Shown here one piece after another: positions 39,728-48,049 of a DNA stretch of 64,000 nt (within the stretch, counting starts at the first letter, position 1; each line of letters starts with the position of its first letter). The stretch spans positions 1 through 64,000 of IMG/VR virus record IMGVR_UViG_3300010885_037407, one strand, 5' to 3'. The position numbers and the translations under genes are program-made. The notes under the pieces are model-generated. The model worked only from the letters and a program-made list of their open reading frames with translations, did not search any database and was not told the DNA's origin. The DNA is from a virus.

Positions 39728-40732
39728 CTATTTACTTGTTTTAATAACGTCAATCATTATTTGTGCATTGTTATCCCATTTTTCTGTCCAAGACATTGGA
39801 ACTACTAAACCACCTTCATTGAATTTTGTTTCAATTTCATATACTGATTCATATACATTTTTAGCAGGTACCATTTCAGGGCAACAAGCTCTATTCGGAA
39901 CTAAAATTTCACAACCAAAATAAATTGCTTCTTGAATAGTGTAGCCAAACGTTTCTTGATAAGCAGTTGACAAATACCATTTTGCTCTTTTCATTAAATC
40001 AAAATACTCTGCTTTTGTCAATGAATGTCTATACTCAATATTTTTAGGAAGTTTACCTAAATCTTTTGCTGGGCCTGAAGAAGTAATAATAATTTTCTTA
40101 TCTGTGAATTTTGCAAATTCTATTAATTCAGCAATTCCTTTTTCTTTGGAAAATCTATGTGGCCAAATAACAAAATCTTCTTTGGCTCCTTCGTTTGGAA
40201 ATTGCTTCATATATTCCAAGTCCCATACTAATCCTGTTGTGTAAACAGTTGCTGGATTCAAATTGAAATGGTTACATACATTTTCTTTATGGTCATCACT
40301 GCCTACAAAAATTCCATCACATATAAAGTGATATCCTGCTTCTGAAGCATCTGCCCAATATGATAATTGTTGTACAAAGTCTGTCTTATCAGCTCTACCT
40401 GCATAATTAATTCCAAATACTTTTACATCCATGTCTTGTAACTCAGACATATATTTAATCATTTCAATTCCTGGAAAGAATATATCTCCAATTAAAAATG
40501 AATCTCCGTTTTCTACTTTGCCTTCATTGAATAAATCTGCAACCATTTGAAGTTGGGCTGCTTTGAATTTACATGTATTGACAATGTCTAGAAATTGACC
40601 TCTTTTAATTTCAGTATCAATTTCTACTTTTGGATACAATGAGATATCTACTTTTGGATAGATAGCTGCATTCATCATTTCGGTATATCTTTGTGGTAAT
40701 TCTTCTAATGGAAGATAAATAATTTTGCTCAT
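39728..40732 (-). CDS. GT-B glycosyltransferase (candidate DNA base glycosyltransferase)
   Basis: WPHRFSKEKG, QETFGYTIQEA (ExxGxxxxE); directly upstream of PolB. Confidence 0.8.
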   Translation of the reverse strand: MSKIIYLPLEELPQRYTEMMNAAIYPKVDISLYPKVEIDTEIKRGQFLDIVNTCKFKAAQLQMVADLFNEGKVENGDSFLIGDIFFPGIEMIKYMSELQDMDVKVFGINYAGRADKTDFVQQLSYWADASEAGYHFICDGIFVGSDDHKENVCNHFNLNPATVYTTGLVWDLEYMKQFPNEGAKEDFVIWPHRFSKEKGIAELIEFAKFTDKKIIITSSGPAKDLGKLPKNIEYRHSLTKAEYFDLMKRAKWYLSTAYQETFGYTIQEAIYFGCEILVPNRACCPEMVPAKNVYESVYEIETKFNEGGLVVPMSWTEKWDNNAQIMIDVIKTSK

Positions 40733-40765
40733 AAACTTTATTTTATTTTAATAATATAAGTAATT

Positions 40766-42157
40766 CTATTGAAAGAAACTAGAGAAAGATTCAATTTCCT
40801 CCTCTACAACTTCTTTGTGATATAAGTTTCCTTCTGCATCCACTACACCTAAATATGTTTCTGTATTGGTATGTTTAACATTGTAATAATTGGCATTAGC
40901 ATAAATAGATTCAATATCACTCGTTAAATAAATAACTCCTTTGGTATTTTGTGTTTTGAAATATTCTGATAAAGCAATCCAAGTTCCTTCATTTTCCTTT
41001 AAATAAGTATAAAGTCTATTTCTAGGAATTGTTTTTGAATTAAGCACAGGGCCATTTTTTAATAAATTCAACAAGGCAGTTTCATATGCTAATTGATAAT
41101 CTTCAAATTCTTTAGCAACTACCTCTTCATTGTGAACATGATTGTTGTACAAGTTCCAAATTACATCTACACACTCTGCTTGATTAGCTACTGTTAAATT
41201 TGTCATATGATGAAAGTTGTAATGCCAATTATATTTGTCTAATACAACAGTTGGCATAAATCGTAATGCTTCCATTACTGCAATTCCGAATGATTCATTT
41301 TTATAAGGCATTAGAGCTACCTTTGCAGATTGAATCAAAGCTGCTTTTTCATGACCTACTACATCAGATACAATTTCATAATTAGTATGTCCTATAGCTG
41401 CAAAGTCAGCTTCAAACTTTTTAACATGAGCCTTTCTAGTTAAAACTTTTGCCTTTAATTCTACTCCATACTTTTCTTTAATACCTGCTAATGTCTTAAA
41501 GTATATTTCAGGATTTTTTCTATCTTCATGGCGTCCAATAAATAACAATCCTTCTTGATTTGTTAAATTTAAACTATCAGAATCAGTTATTGGATAAGGC
41601 TGAATGTATAAATTATGACCGGGATCTTTTTGAAGTTTGTCATAATTTTGTTGAGTTTGTATTAGTGTAGTAATTGGAAAATACATCATTTTCTCAATTA
41701 AATCATAATAACAATCTTTGAATACTCCTGCAGATAGTTCTGGATTAATAGATGCACATTCATGAGCATATGAAGCTATCTTAATACTTTTATGCAATTC
41801 CATTTGATAACAGGTAAAAGCTGATTCTGTGTCATTGCAAATAATTAAATCGTAAGTGTGATTGGAAAGTGCTTTGACAATAGCAGTTCTGAAATTTATT
41901 GCTTTTTCGAAATTGAAGCTATCTCCAAATTGAAATAAGTTAGAATGCTTTCCATAAGAATGGCGTTCTGCTTTGTCTGGCGTATATACATTAACTTCAT
42001 ATTCTTCTAGGAAATTTGCTTCTGGTTCCCCGTCACACACAATATCAATACAATGGCCGTTTTGAAGAAGTGTCTTGACTACACCTAACATGAAAATTCC
42101 GTGCCCTGAAGAGGGACGGAAATTCATTTTGTTTATTATAAATAATACTCTTTTCAT
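40766..42157 (-). CDS. GT4-like glycosyltransferase with extra C-terminal domain
   Basis: SSGHG, FIGRHEDRKN, NESFGIAVMEA. Confidence 0.82.
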   Translation of the reverse strand: MKRVLFIINKMNFRPSSGHGIFMLGVVKTLLQNGHCIDIVCDGEPEANFLEEYEVNVYTPDKAERHSYGKHSNLFQFGDSFNFEKAINFRTAIVKALSNHTYDLIICNDTESAFTCYQMELHKSIKIASYAHECASINPELSAGVFKDCYYDLIEKMMYFPITTLIQTQQNYDKLQKDPGHNLYIQPYPITDSDSLNLTNQEGLLFIGRHEDRKNPEIYFKTLAGIKEKYGVELKAKVLTRKAHVKKFEADFAAIGHTNYEIVSDVVGHEKAALIQSAKVALMPYKNESFGIAVMEALRFMPTVVLDKYNWHYNFHHMTNLTVANQAECVDVIWNLYNNHVHNEEVVAKEFEDYQLAYETALLNLLKNGPVLNSKTIPRNRLYTYLKENEGTWIALSEYFKTQNTKGVIYLTSDIESIYANANYYNVKHTNTETYLGVVDAEGNLYHKEVVEEEIESFSSFFQ

Positions 42158-42160
42158 AAA

Positions 42161-42597
42161 TAATTACTGTGCTAGCTTTTATTTTATCCGTTTAATATTT
42201 GTTTTTTACTTTCTTTTTTTGTTTTAAGCTTATGCTCAAAGTATTCTTCTAATGCTTTTAATCTTTCATTGAGATTCAAATTTGTTCTGCCTTCCAGCTT
42301 ATCAACTCTTGAATCTGTATGACTAATTGCTTCACTGAACATAGTATTTACTCGATCAATCTCTCGATCTATTCTTCTATTAACGCTTAAGTCATTGTCA
42401 TTAATTTGTTTTTCAATTGAATTAGCAAGTGCTGATTCAAGATTTGCAGCAAATACTTGCAACTTATTAACTTCTACAACTGTCTTAACCAATACCACAA
42501 CCCCTGCTATTCCAAGAACTGCACCTATGCCTAAAATAAATGATAATGTTTCCATATGTTTGATTTGTTAATGATAATTAGCTAGCACAGATAATTA
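42161..42597. repeat. Inverted repeat enclosing gene 42184..42555 (arms 42161-42177 and 42580-42597)
   Basis: taatta-ctgtgctagct versus agctagcacag-a-taatta; 17 pairs with a 1-nt bulge. Confidence 0.8.
42184..42555 (-). CDS. N-terminally membrane-anchored coiled-coil protein
   Basis: METLSFILGIGAVLGIAGVVVLV TM helix; TDSRVDKLE. Confidence 0.75.
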   Translation of the reverse strand: METLSFILGIGAVLGIAGVVVLVKTVVEVNKLQVFAANLESALANSIEKQINDNDLSVNRRIDREIDRVNTMFSEAISHTDSRVDKLEGRTNLNLNERLKALEEYFEHKLKTKKESKKQILNG

Positions 42598-43236
42598 CTT
42601 TTTAGCTTTTAAATAATCTATAAATTTATAAAATTCATTTCTAGTAGCTGGATCTTCTCTGAAAGCTCCTGAAAGTTTACTTGTAATCATAGTTGAGTCA
42701 TGTCTAACTCCTCTAACACAAGCACACATATGATTTGCTTCAATTACTACTGCTACTCCTTTATTTCCTTCACAAGTTGCATTTATAAATGATGCAATTT
42801 GTTCAGTTAAATTTTCTTGCACTTGAGGACGTCTTGCGAAATACTCTACAATTCTATTTAATTTAGACAATCCAATTACCTTACCATCTGGAGAAGGAAT
42901 ATAAGCTACGTGAGCAAATCCAATAAATGGTAAATGGTGATGTGAACAAAATGATTTCATATCAATATTACCTTGAAATACTACACCATCATACTTATCT
43001 AAATTATCAAATGCTGTGATTTTAGGAGCATCTACAAAACAACCTTGAGCTAAATCATTTACAAAGGCTTTTGCTACACGTCTAGGCGTATCAGATGAAT
43101 TAGGGTCATTTTCCCAATCAATTCCTAATGCTGTCATGTAATTACCATAATGAGTAGCAGCATGTTCAATCATTGCCAACTTCTCTTCTTCTGTTCTTGG
43201 AATAGAAGAATTTGCATATTTCAATAACTCTGTCAT
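42595..43236 (-). CDS. folE: GTP cyclohydrolase I
   Basis: [28 protein letters not shown]...RG. Confidence 0.95.
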   Translation of the reverse strand: MTELLKYANSSIPRTEEEKLAMIEHAATHYGNYMTALGIDWENDPNSSDTPRRVAKAFVNDLAQGCFVDAPKITAFDNLDKYDGVVFQGNIDMKSFCSHHHLPFIGFAHVAYIPSPDGKVIGLSKLNRIVEYFARRPQVQENLTEQIASFINATCEGNKGVAVVIEANHMCACVRGVRHDSTMITSKLSGAFREDPATRNEFYKFIDYLKAKK

Positions 43237-43572
43237 TTACAAAGGTAATTCTAATTGTTCTTCATCTTCAAGTATAGCCAAGAATTCAGATTCTCTATAC
43301 AACATATAATCTACTCCACCTAATTTAATTAGCTGACCTTGACCATAAGGAGGTAATACTACTTCCATTCCTACTTTTGCAGTCATTGGAATTAATACTC
43401 CATTTTGAGTATACAATCCAGGCCCTACTGCTACTACTTTTGCTATTTTCACATCATCAGCTTTAACTGTTTCTGGAATTATAATTCCTGTTGATGTTCT
43501 TTTTTCTGATTTGCCTTTTTCTTCAAGTACTAAAACTCTGTCTCCTAAAGGTCTTATTTTCTTATCTGCCAT
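43237..43572 (-). CDS. groES: Co-chaperonin GroES
   Basis: IRPLGDRVLV, TSTGIIIP, VVAVGPG, RESEFLA. Confidence 0.93.
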   Translation of the reverse strand: MADKKIRPLGDRVLVLEEKGKSEKRTSTGIIIPETVKADDVKIAKVVAVGPGLYTQNGVLIPMTAKVGMEVVLPPYGQGQLIKLGGVDYMLYRESEFLAILEDEEQLELPL

Positions 43573-43575
43573 AAT

Positions 43576-43764
43576 TTATTTAATTGAATATTTTGTTCTT
43601 CCGTCTAACGACTCTGCTTTTATTAAATCTTTAGTAATATTTACTAATTTCATATCATGATGCCTTTTTAATATTTCTATTAATTCAACACGAGTAAGTC
43701 TTTTGTTTTGCCATAATGTATGCAAAGCTCTTAACATTTCAAATTCCGTAGCTTTATTTATCAT
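43576..43764 (-). CDS. Hypothetical protein
   Basis: ORF in operon. Confidence 0.6.
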   Translation of the reverse strand: MINKATEFEMLRALHTLWQNKRLTRVELIEILKRHHDMKLVNITKDLIKAESLDGRTKYSIK

Positions 43765-44050
43765 CTAATTTAATTTCATCTTCTTCTTTAACTATAGGTA
43801 TAAAGTTTTCTTCATCTTCATCAGTCAGACTAGTGCCTGATAATGTAAGTAACATTCTTTCTTTAATTTCTGAATTTACTGCTGCGTCCATTAACTTAAT
43901 TAAGTTAAGTGGATCTTTACCAAAGATATTAAAGAATCTTTCTAAACTCTCGTCTAATTGGAAACGAGTATCGCCTTGAGCCCAGCCTTTCTCGAAATCA
44001 AGATCAAGTACAAAGGCATTTTTCAATATTTTATCTAAATCTAAACGCAT
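43754..44050 (-). CDS. Hypothetical protein
   Basis: ORF in operon. Confidence 0.6.
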   Translation of the reverse strand: MRLDLDKILKNAFVLDLDFEKGWAQGDTRFQLDESLERFFNIFGKDPLNLIKLMDAAVNSEIKERMLLTLSGTSLTDEDEENFIPIVKEEDEIKLDDK

Positions 44051-44814
44051 CTTTCTGTATCAAAAGCAATTATATGAGGTCTTCCTGTAAATCTAAATCC
44101 ATTATCTCTTACCCAATCCATTACTTTAGGATAGGTTTTCAATAGTGCTACTCTAGTATCACCTGCCGGCATAAAATAAACTTTATCTTCTGGAATGTCC
44201 ATCATATGAATAAATCCTAAAATTTCTTCTAATATTGATTCTTCTTCACCATCCCATACAGGTTTGATTTGATAATCTAAATGATACACAATTGATTTAG
44301 CTATAGCATCATAATTCAATCTTAACTTGTTATGCTGCTTGACCATCTTGTCGTCAACGATGTCGCCGCTCGGAGTGCTAACACCTGGTTTCGGAATACT
44401 ATTTGAAAACTTAGGGCTAATGCTAAGTAAATCAATCGGAAAGTCTGTTTCCAAGAAATGACTTCCTTCAGTTTCCATAGTAATAAAAATTCCTCTTTCA
44501 TTTGCTAAATGTGTTAATTCGTTTACTAATGCCGGATGCATTGTAGGAGATCCTCCTGTTAGCATCATTTCTGTGATGTGCGGATTTGCATCATACATAG
44601 CTACAATGTCATTGAAGCTAAATGTACCTTTTTCAGGATGAATAGAAGTGTACCAAGAATCACACCAACCACCATCTCCAAACCAACATCTGTGAGTACA
44701 GCCTGTCGTTCTAATTACTATAGTAGGATAACCTGCTCGAGAACCTTCTCCTTGAACTGCAGTGTATATTTCTACTATAGGAAGTGTTTTGTTATAATCT
44801 TCTATTCTTTTCAT
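44041..44814 (-). CDS. queE: 7-carboxy-7-deazaguanine synthase (radical SAM)
   Basis: EIYTAVQGEG, R..GCTHRC.......CDS (extended Cys spacing), LTGG.P, ETEG, SISPK. Confidence 0.9.
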   Translation of the reverse strand: MKRIEDYNKTLPIVEIYTAVQGEGSRAGYPTIVIRTTGCTHRCWFGDGGWCDSWYTSIHPEKGTFSFNDIVAMYDANPHITEMMLTGGSPTMHPALVNELTHLANERGIFITMETEGSHFLETDFPIDLLSISPKFSNSIPKPGVSTPSGDIVDDKMVKQHNKLRLNYDAIAKSIVYHLDYQIKPVWDGEEESILEEILGFIHMMDIPEDKVYFMPAGDTRVALLKTYPKVMDWVRDNGFRFTGRPHIIAFDTERCV

Positions 44815-44957
44815 TATTTAACTCCTTTAGATTTGTAATGGTCTGCTTTGGAAAATTTAGAAGAAGACTCTTCTTTCTTTGCAACAAATGGCTTTTTAAT
44901 TGTTGGTAACCAAGCCATAAATTGTTCGTAATTTGATTTTGCTGAATTCTTGCTCAT
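44814..44957 (-). CDS. Small basic protein (47 aa)
   Basis: Read manually: MSKNSAKSNYEQFMAWLPTIKKPFVAKKEESSSKFSKADHYKSKGVK; TAATG overlap with queE. Confidence 0.6.
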   Translation of the reverse strand: MSKNSAKSNYEQFMAWLPTIKKPFVAKKEESSSKFSKADHYKSKGVK

Positions 44958-44980
44958 GTAATTTATATTTAGTTATTTGT

Positions 44981-45463
44981 TTATCCTCGATATGAATTGC
45001 ATATCTGATATGACGCTGCATTTCTTTCATGCTCATACACTTCTACTTTTACTGCTGATACTCTGCCTTCAGTCTCTTCTTTAAGAAAATTATTAATTTT
45101 ATTGAAAAGATACTCTGCAAATCTTTCACAGCCTGTTTCTGGAATTATTCTTAATTGAATAATACCTTCCGTGTTCATTTGCTTAAATAAAGGCAAATAA
45201 GGATCGTCTTCTGCTATGACAGTAGTATGATCTAATAAATTTTCAAAAAACTCTTTAGGAGTAAATCCGTCAATTTTATTGGTAGCTCTTTTCATTCCGC
45301 CAAAGTCCCATACCCAGTTTCTTTCATCTAGTTCACCTTCAAACCATACTCTAAAAGATATAGCATATCCGTGAAGAAACTTACAATGCGTGCCATCTGC
45401 TTTCCATTGACGAAAACAAGTAGAGTAGCCGTCAAATAACTTTGTTGATTGAAATTTTTTCAT
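44981..45463 (-). CDS. queD: 6-carboxy-5,6,7,8-tetrahydropterin synthase
   Basis: HCKFLHGY, WVWDFG, LDH, E.FAE, V.VYE..N.A. Confidence 0.9.
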   Translation of the reverse strand: MKKFQSTKLFDGYSTCFRQWKADGTHCKFLHGYAISFRVWFEGELDERNWVWDFGGMKRATNKIDGFTPKEFFENLLDHTTVIAEDDPYLPLFKQMNTEGIIQLRIIPETGCERFAEYLFNKINNFLKEETEGRVSAVKVEVYEHERNAASYQICNSYRG

Positions 45464-45467
45464 ATTG

Positions 45468-45499
45468 TAAATATAAGAATTCCTTTTGAATTAAACAAG
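45468..45499 (-). promoter_or_regulatory. -33/-7 promoter upstream of queD
   Basis: CTTG-N20-TATATTTA. Confidence 0.6.
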
Positions 45500-45817
45500 G
45501 ATATTTAATTTACGAAGTGTATTAATTGCAATCTTCTCACCTAAAGACAAGAATTCTTCTTGTTTGTTAGCTGACAAAGCAATGTCAATTAATTGTTGAA
45601 CCCAGGCCTTTTGTTCAGGAGTAACTTTTTTATCGGTTAAGTAATCGCCAAGTTTGTCTAATTGAAGGAAGTTTTCTAAAACATGTTTTGGTTCTGGAGT
45701 TACTACATCCACAAATGATCCAAGGTTGTTGTTTTTAGGTTGTCTAGGTACTCTGGTAGTTTTAGTCTCTAATTTCGTAACTCCAGGAACACCTTTTTTT
45801 ATTACTGCTGTTGCCAT
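45491..45817 (-). CDS. Hypothetical protein
   Basis: ORF with its own promoter. Confidence 0.65.
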   Translation of the reverse strand: MATAVIKKGVPGVTKLETKTTRVPRQPKNNNLGSFVDVVTPEPKHVLENFLQLDKLGDYLTDKKVTPEQKAWVQQLIDIALSANKQEEFLSLGEKIAINTLRKLNILV

Positions 45818-45842
45818 AACTGATTTAATTTTTATTTGTATA

Positions 45843-45874
45843 TAAATATAGTAATTTCTTTTGATATTACCAAA
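45843..45874 (-). promoter_or_regulatory. -33/-7 promoter
   Basis: TTTG-N20-TATATTTA. Confidence 0.7.
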
Positions 45875-45897
45875 TTTTATTTTTGATCGAATAGTTG

Positions 45898-45921
45898 AAT
45901 ACTCCCATGGAAGGGAGTATT
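45898..45921 (-). terminator. Hairpin after 45927..47225, probable terminator
   Basis: aatactccc-atggaa-gggagtatt, 9-bp stem; weak U-tract on the minus strand. Confidence 0.6.
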
Positions 45922-45926
45922 TTATT

Positions 45927-47225
45927 TTATTTATTTTGATCTTGTATGTATTCTTTGTCTTTGTATCTGTCTACTAAACCAAATCTATATCCGTCTTGTG
46001 ATGATTCTATAGTTGCAAATTCACTCATATCACTTGATACATGAGTAATACCTTTAAAGAAATAAATCAATCCAGCTTTGTCACCAAAAAATGCTGCTTT
46101 TATTTCTTTCAATCCTGATGTGAAATTTTTCGGGTCTTTTACGAATGGATGATTAAATAAATCAGCTAATACAATTTTACCTTCTTTGGATTCGTCTGTT
46201 ACTGCAGAACCTACTTTGATATTAACATCTTGATTTTTTCCTGCTGCTGAAGCTAATGTTTTAGCATCTTCAGGTGTTATCCAATATTGAGAATCAATTG
46301 ATGAACCTTTTATAGAAATTCTAGAAGTAGTAACGTCTTTATTCAAAGAAGTACTTCCTACTTTATCATGAAATTGTAATATTGCTTTGTATGCTTGATC
46401 AAGCATTCCCATAGGTACATCTCCTGGAGTTATAGTAATTAAATCACCCGATGCTTTTTTTGTACTGACACTATCTATTATATCTACAATTATTTTCATA
46501 GCAGACGTTGATCCAAGTGACATTACATTTGCTCTAATATCCGGAGATTGTAACTCTTCAATCAATGTATAAAATTCCATTAATTGTTTAGTAAAATTAA
46601 ATCTAGATACTTTTCCTTCTGCTCCTGGACGAATATTACCAGCTTTTATTTTACCTGATTTGGAATCTAAAATATCTAATGATTTAACTTCATAATGTTC
46701 AGACCCTACACCAATATCAAATGATTCTGTTGAACCTTGAACTACTGCATCTTTGACAAAAAATGATATAAATAATTCACCTTTTCCAATTGCTTGGCCT
46801 ACAAAAGTATCCCATAATTTTTGATATGGCTTATAATCTTTTTTATTTAATTCAGCAACTGTTGCTAAAGATTTAAATGCATCTGAAAATAATACAATTT
46901 CTTGTTTAGACAAAGTACTCATTGTACCTTTAAACGAAATTAATAAATTACTTGGCATTGTACTAATAAAATCTTCAAATTCTATTTTTTTACTAGAATC
47001 TAAATTAGTATAGAATTTAGCTAATGCAGGATATTGTTTTGTGAAATCTGAATTTGTGTCAGTTATTTCATCATCTGCTTCTGCTAAAACTGTAAATGGA
47101 TTAGGCAAATTCATTTCTTTTAATACTTGTTTAAGTACCGCTAAATCTTTAGCTGTTTTTAAATCTGGATATCCTTTCTCACAGCGCCAGCTCCATTCTA
47201 AAAGTATTTTATCAATATCAACCAT
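45927..47225 (-). CDS. PD-(D/E)XK-like nuclease with N-terminal leader (putative virion protein)
   Basis: IDKILLEWSWRCEKGYPDL leader ending LAE; IGKGE...FD.......EVKS core. Confidence 0.6.
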   Translation of the reverse strand: MVDIDKILLEWSWRCEKGYPDLKTAKDLAVLKQVLKEMNLPNPFTVLAEADDEITDTNSDFTKQYPALAKFYTNLDSSKKIEFEDFISTMPSNLLISFKGTMSTLSKQEIVLFSDAFKSLATVAELNKKDYKPYQKLWDTFVGQAIGKGELFISFFVKDAVVQGSTESFDIGVGSEHYEVKSLDILDSKSGKIKAGNIRPGAEGKVSRFNFTKQLMEFYTLIEELQSPDIRANVMSLGSTSAMKIIVDIIDSVSTKKASGDLITITPGDVPMGMLDQAYKAILQFHDKVGSTSLNKDVTTSRISIKGSSIDSQYWITPEDAKTLASAAGKNQDVNIKVGSAVTDESKEGKIVLADLFNHPFVKDPKNFTSGLKEIKAAFFGDKAGLIYFFKGITHVSSDMSEFATIESSQDGYRFGLVDRYKDKEYIQDQNK

Positions 47226-47258
47226 TATGTTTTCGTTTTAAATAAATATCAATTTTTA

Positions 47259-47801
47259 TTAGTTTCCTGTTGACCCATAACCTCCAGTTCCTCTTTGAGA
47301 ATCTTCAAGGTCTTCAACTTCTTCAAATGTAATTTGTGGATAAGGTATGATAACTAATTGCCCTACTCTGTCTCCAATCTCGTAAGACGATTCATTAGCA
47401 ATCCAAATAGCATTTTCTACAGGGCCTGTTAGTAAAGGAAGCCCTTTTCTTTCTCTGTCTTCTTGAAGTGTTTTTAAGATTTCAGGTTCCATTGTTTTAC
47501 CTTTCATTCCTAAATCTTTAAATCGAAATTTAATTTCTCCTCGATAACCAGAATCTACTACACCTACATGATTTGCTAAAATCAATGTGGTTTTGGAAAC
47601 TGAACTTCTAGGAAATAAAAGTCCAACATAACCTTCTGGAATTTCAACTGCTAAACCAGTTCCATATTCAATGAACAACCCTGATTGATCAATTTGGCAA
47701 CTTACTGCTGTCAAATCTAATCCTGCATCACCATTGGTTGCATAGGTTGGAATTACAGCTGCATTGTCTAATTTTTTAATTTTTACTTTCATACTTCGCA
47801 A
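47259..47801 (-). CDS. dut: Trimeric dUTPase with about 35-aa insertion
   Basis: AGLDL, PRSS, GVVDSGYRGE, GDRVGQL, RGTGGYGSTG. Confidence 0.95.
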   Translation of the reverse strand: MRSMKVKIKKLDNAAVIPTYATNGDAGLDLTAVSCQIDQSGLFIEYGTGLAVEIPEGYVGLLFPRSSVSKTTLILANHVGVVDSGYRGEIKFRFKDLGMKGKTMEPEILKTLQEDRERKGLPLLTGPVENAIWIANESSYEIGDRVGQLVIIPYPQITFEEVEDLEDSQRGTGGYGSTGN

Positions 47802-48045
47802 CTATTTCTTCTAATTTAATTAAGGATATTACTCCCACTACTTTTTCTACTACTTCTCCATCTTGCTCAAATATAAATGTTGGAATGTTTCTAACAGCAT
47901 ATTTTGCTAATAGTTCTTGATTCTCATCTGCATTTACAATTTCTGATGTTATTTTGTCACCTTGAGACTCAACGAATTTGTTGAAAATAGGTTTCATCAT
48001 TTTACAAGGCCCGCACCATGGTGCTGATACATAAATTATATTCAT
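47776..48045 (-). CDS. trxA: Thioredoxin
   Basis: WCGPCK, IPT. Confidence 0.93.
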   Translation of the reverse strand: MNIIYVSAPWCGPCKMMKPIFNKFVESQGDKITSEIVNADENQELLAKYAVRNIPTFIFEQDGEVVEKVVGVISLIKLEEIVAKYESKN

Positions 48046-48049
48046 AACT

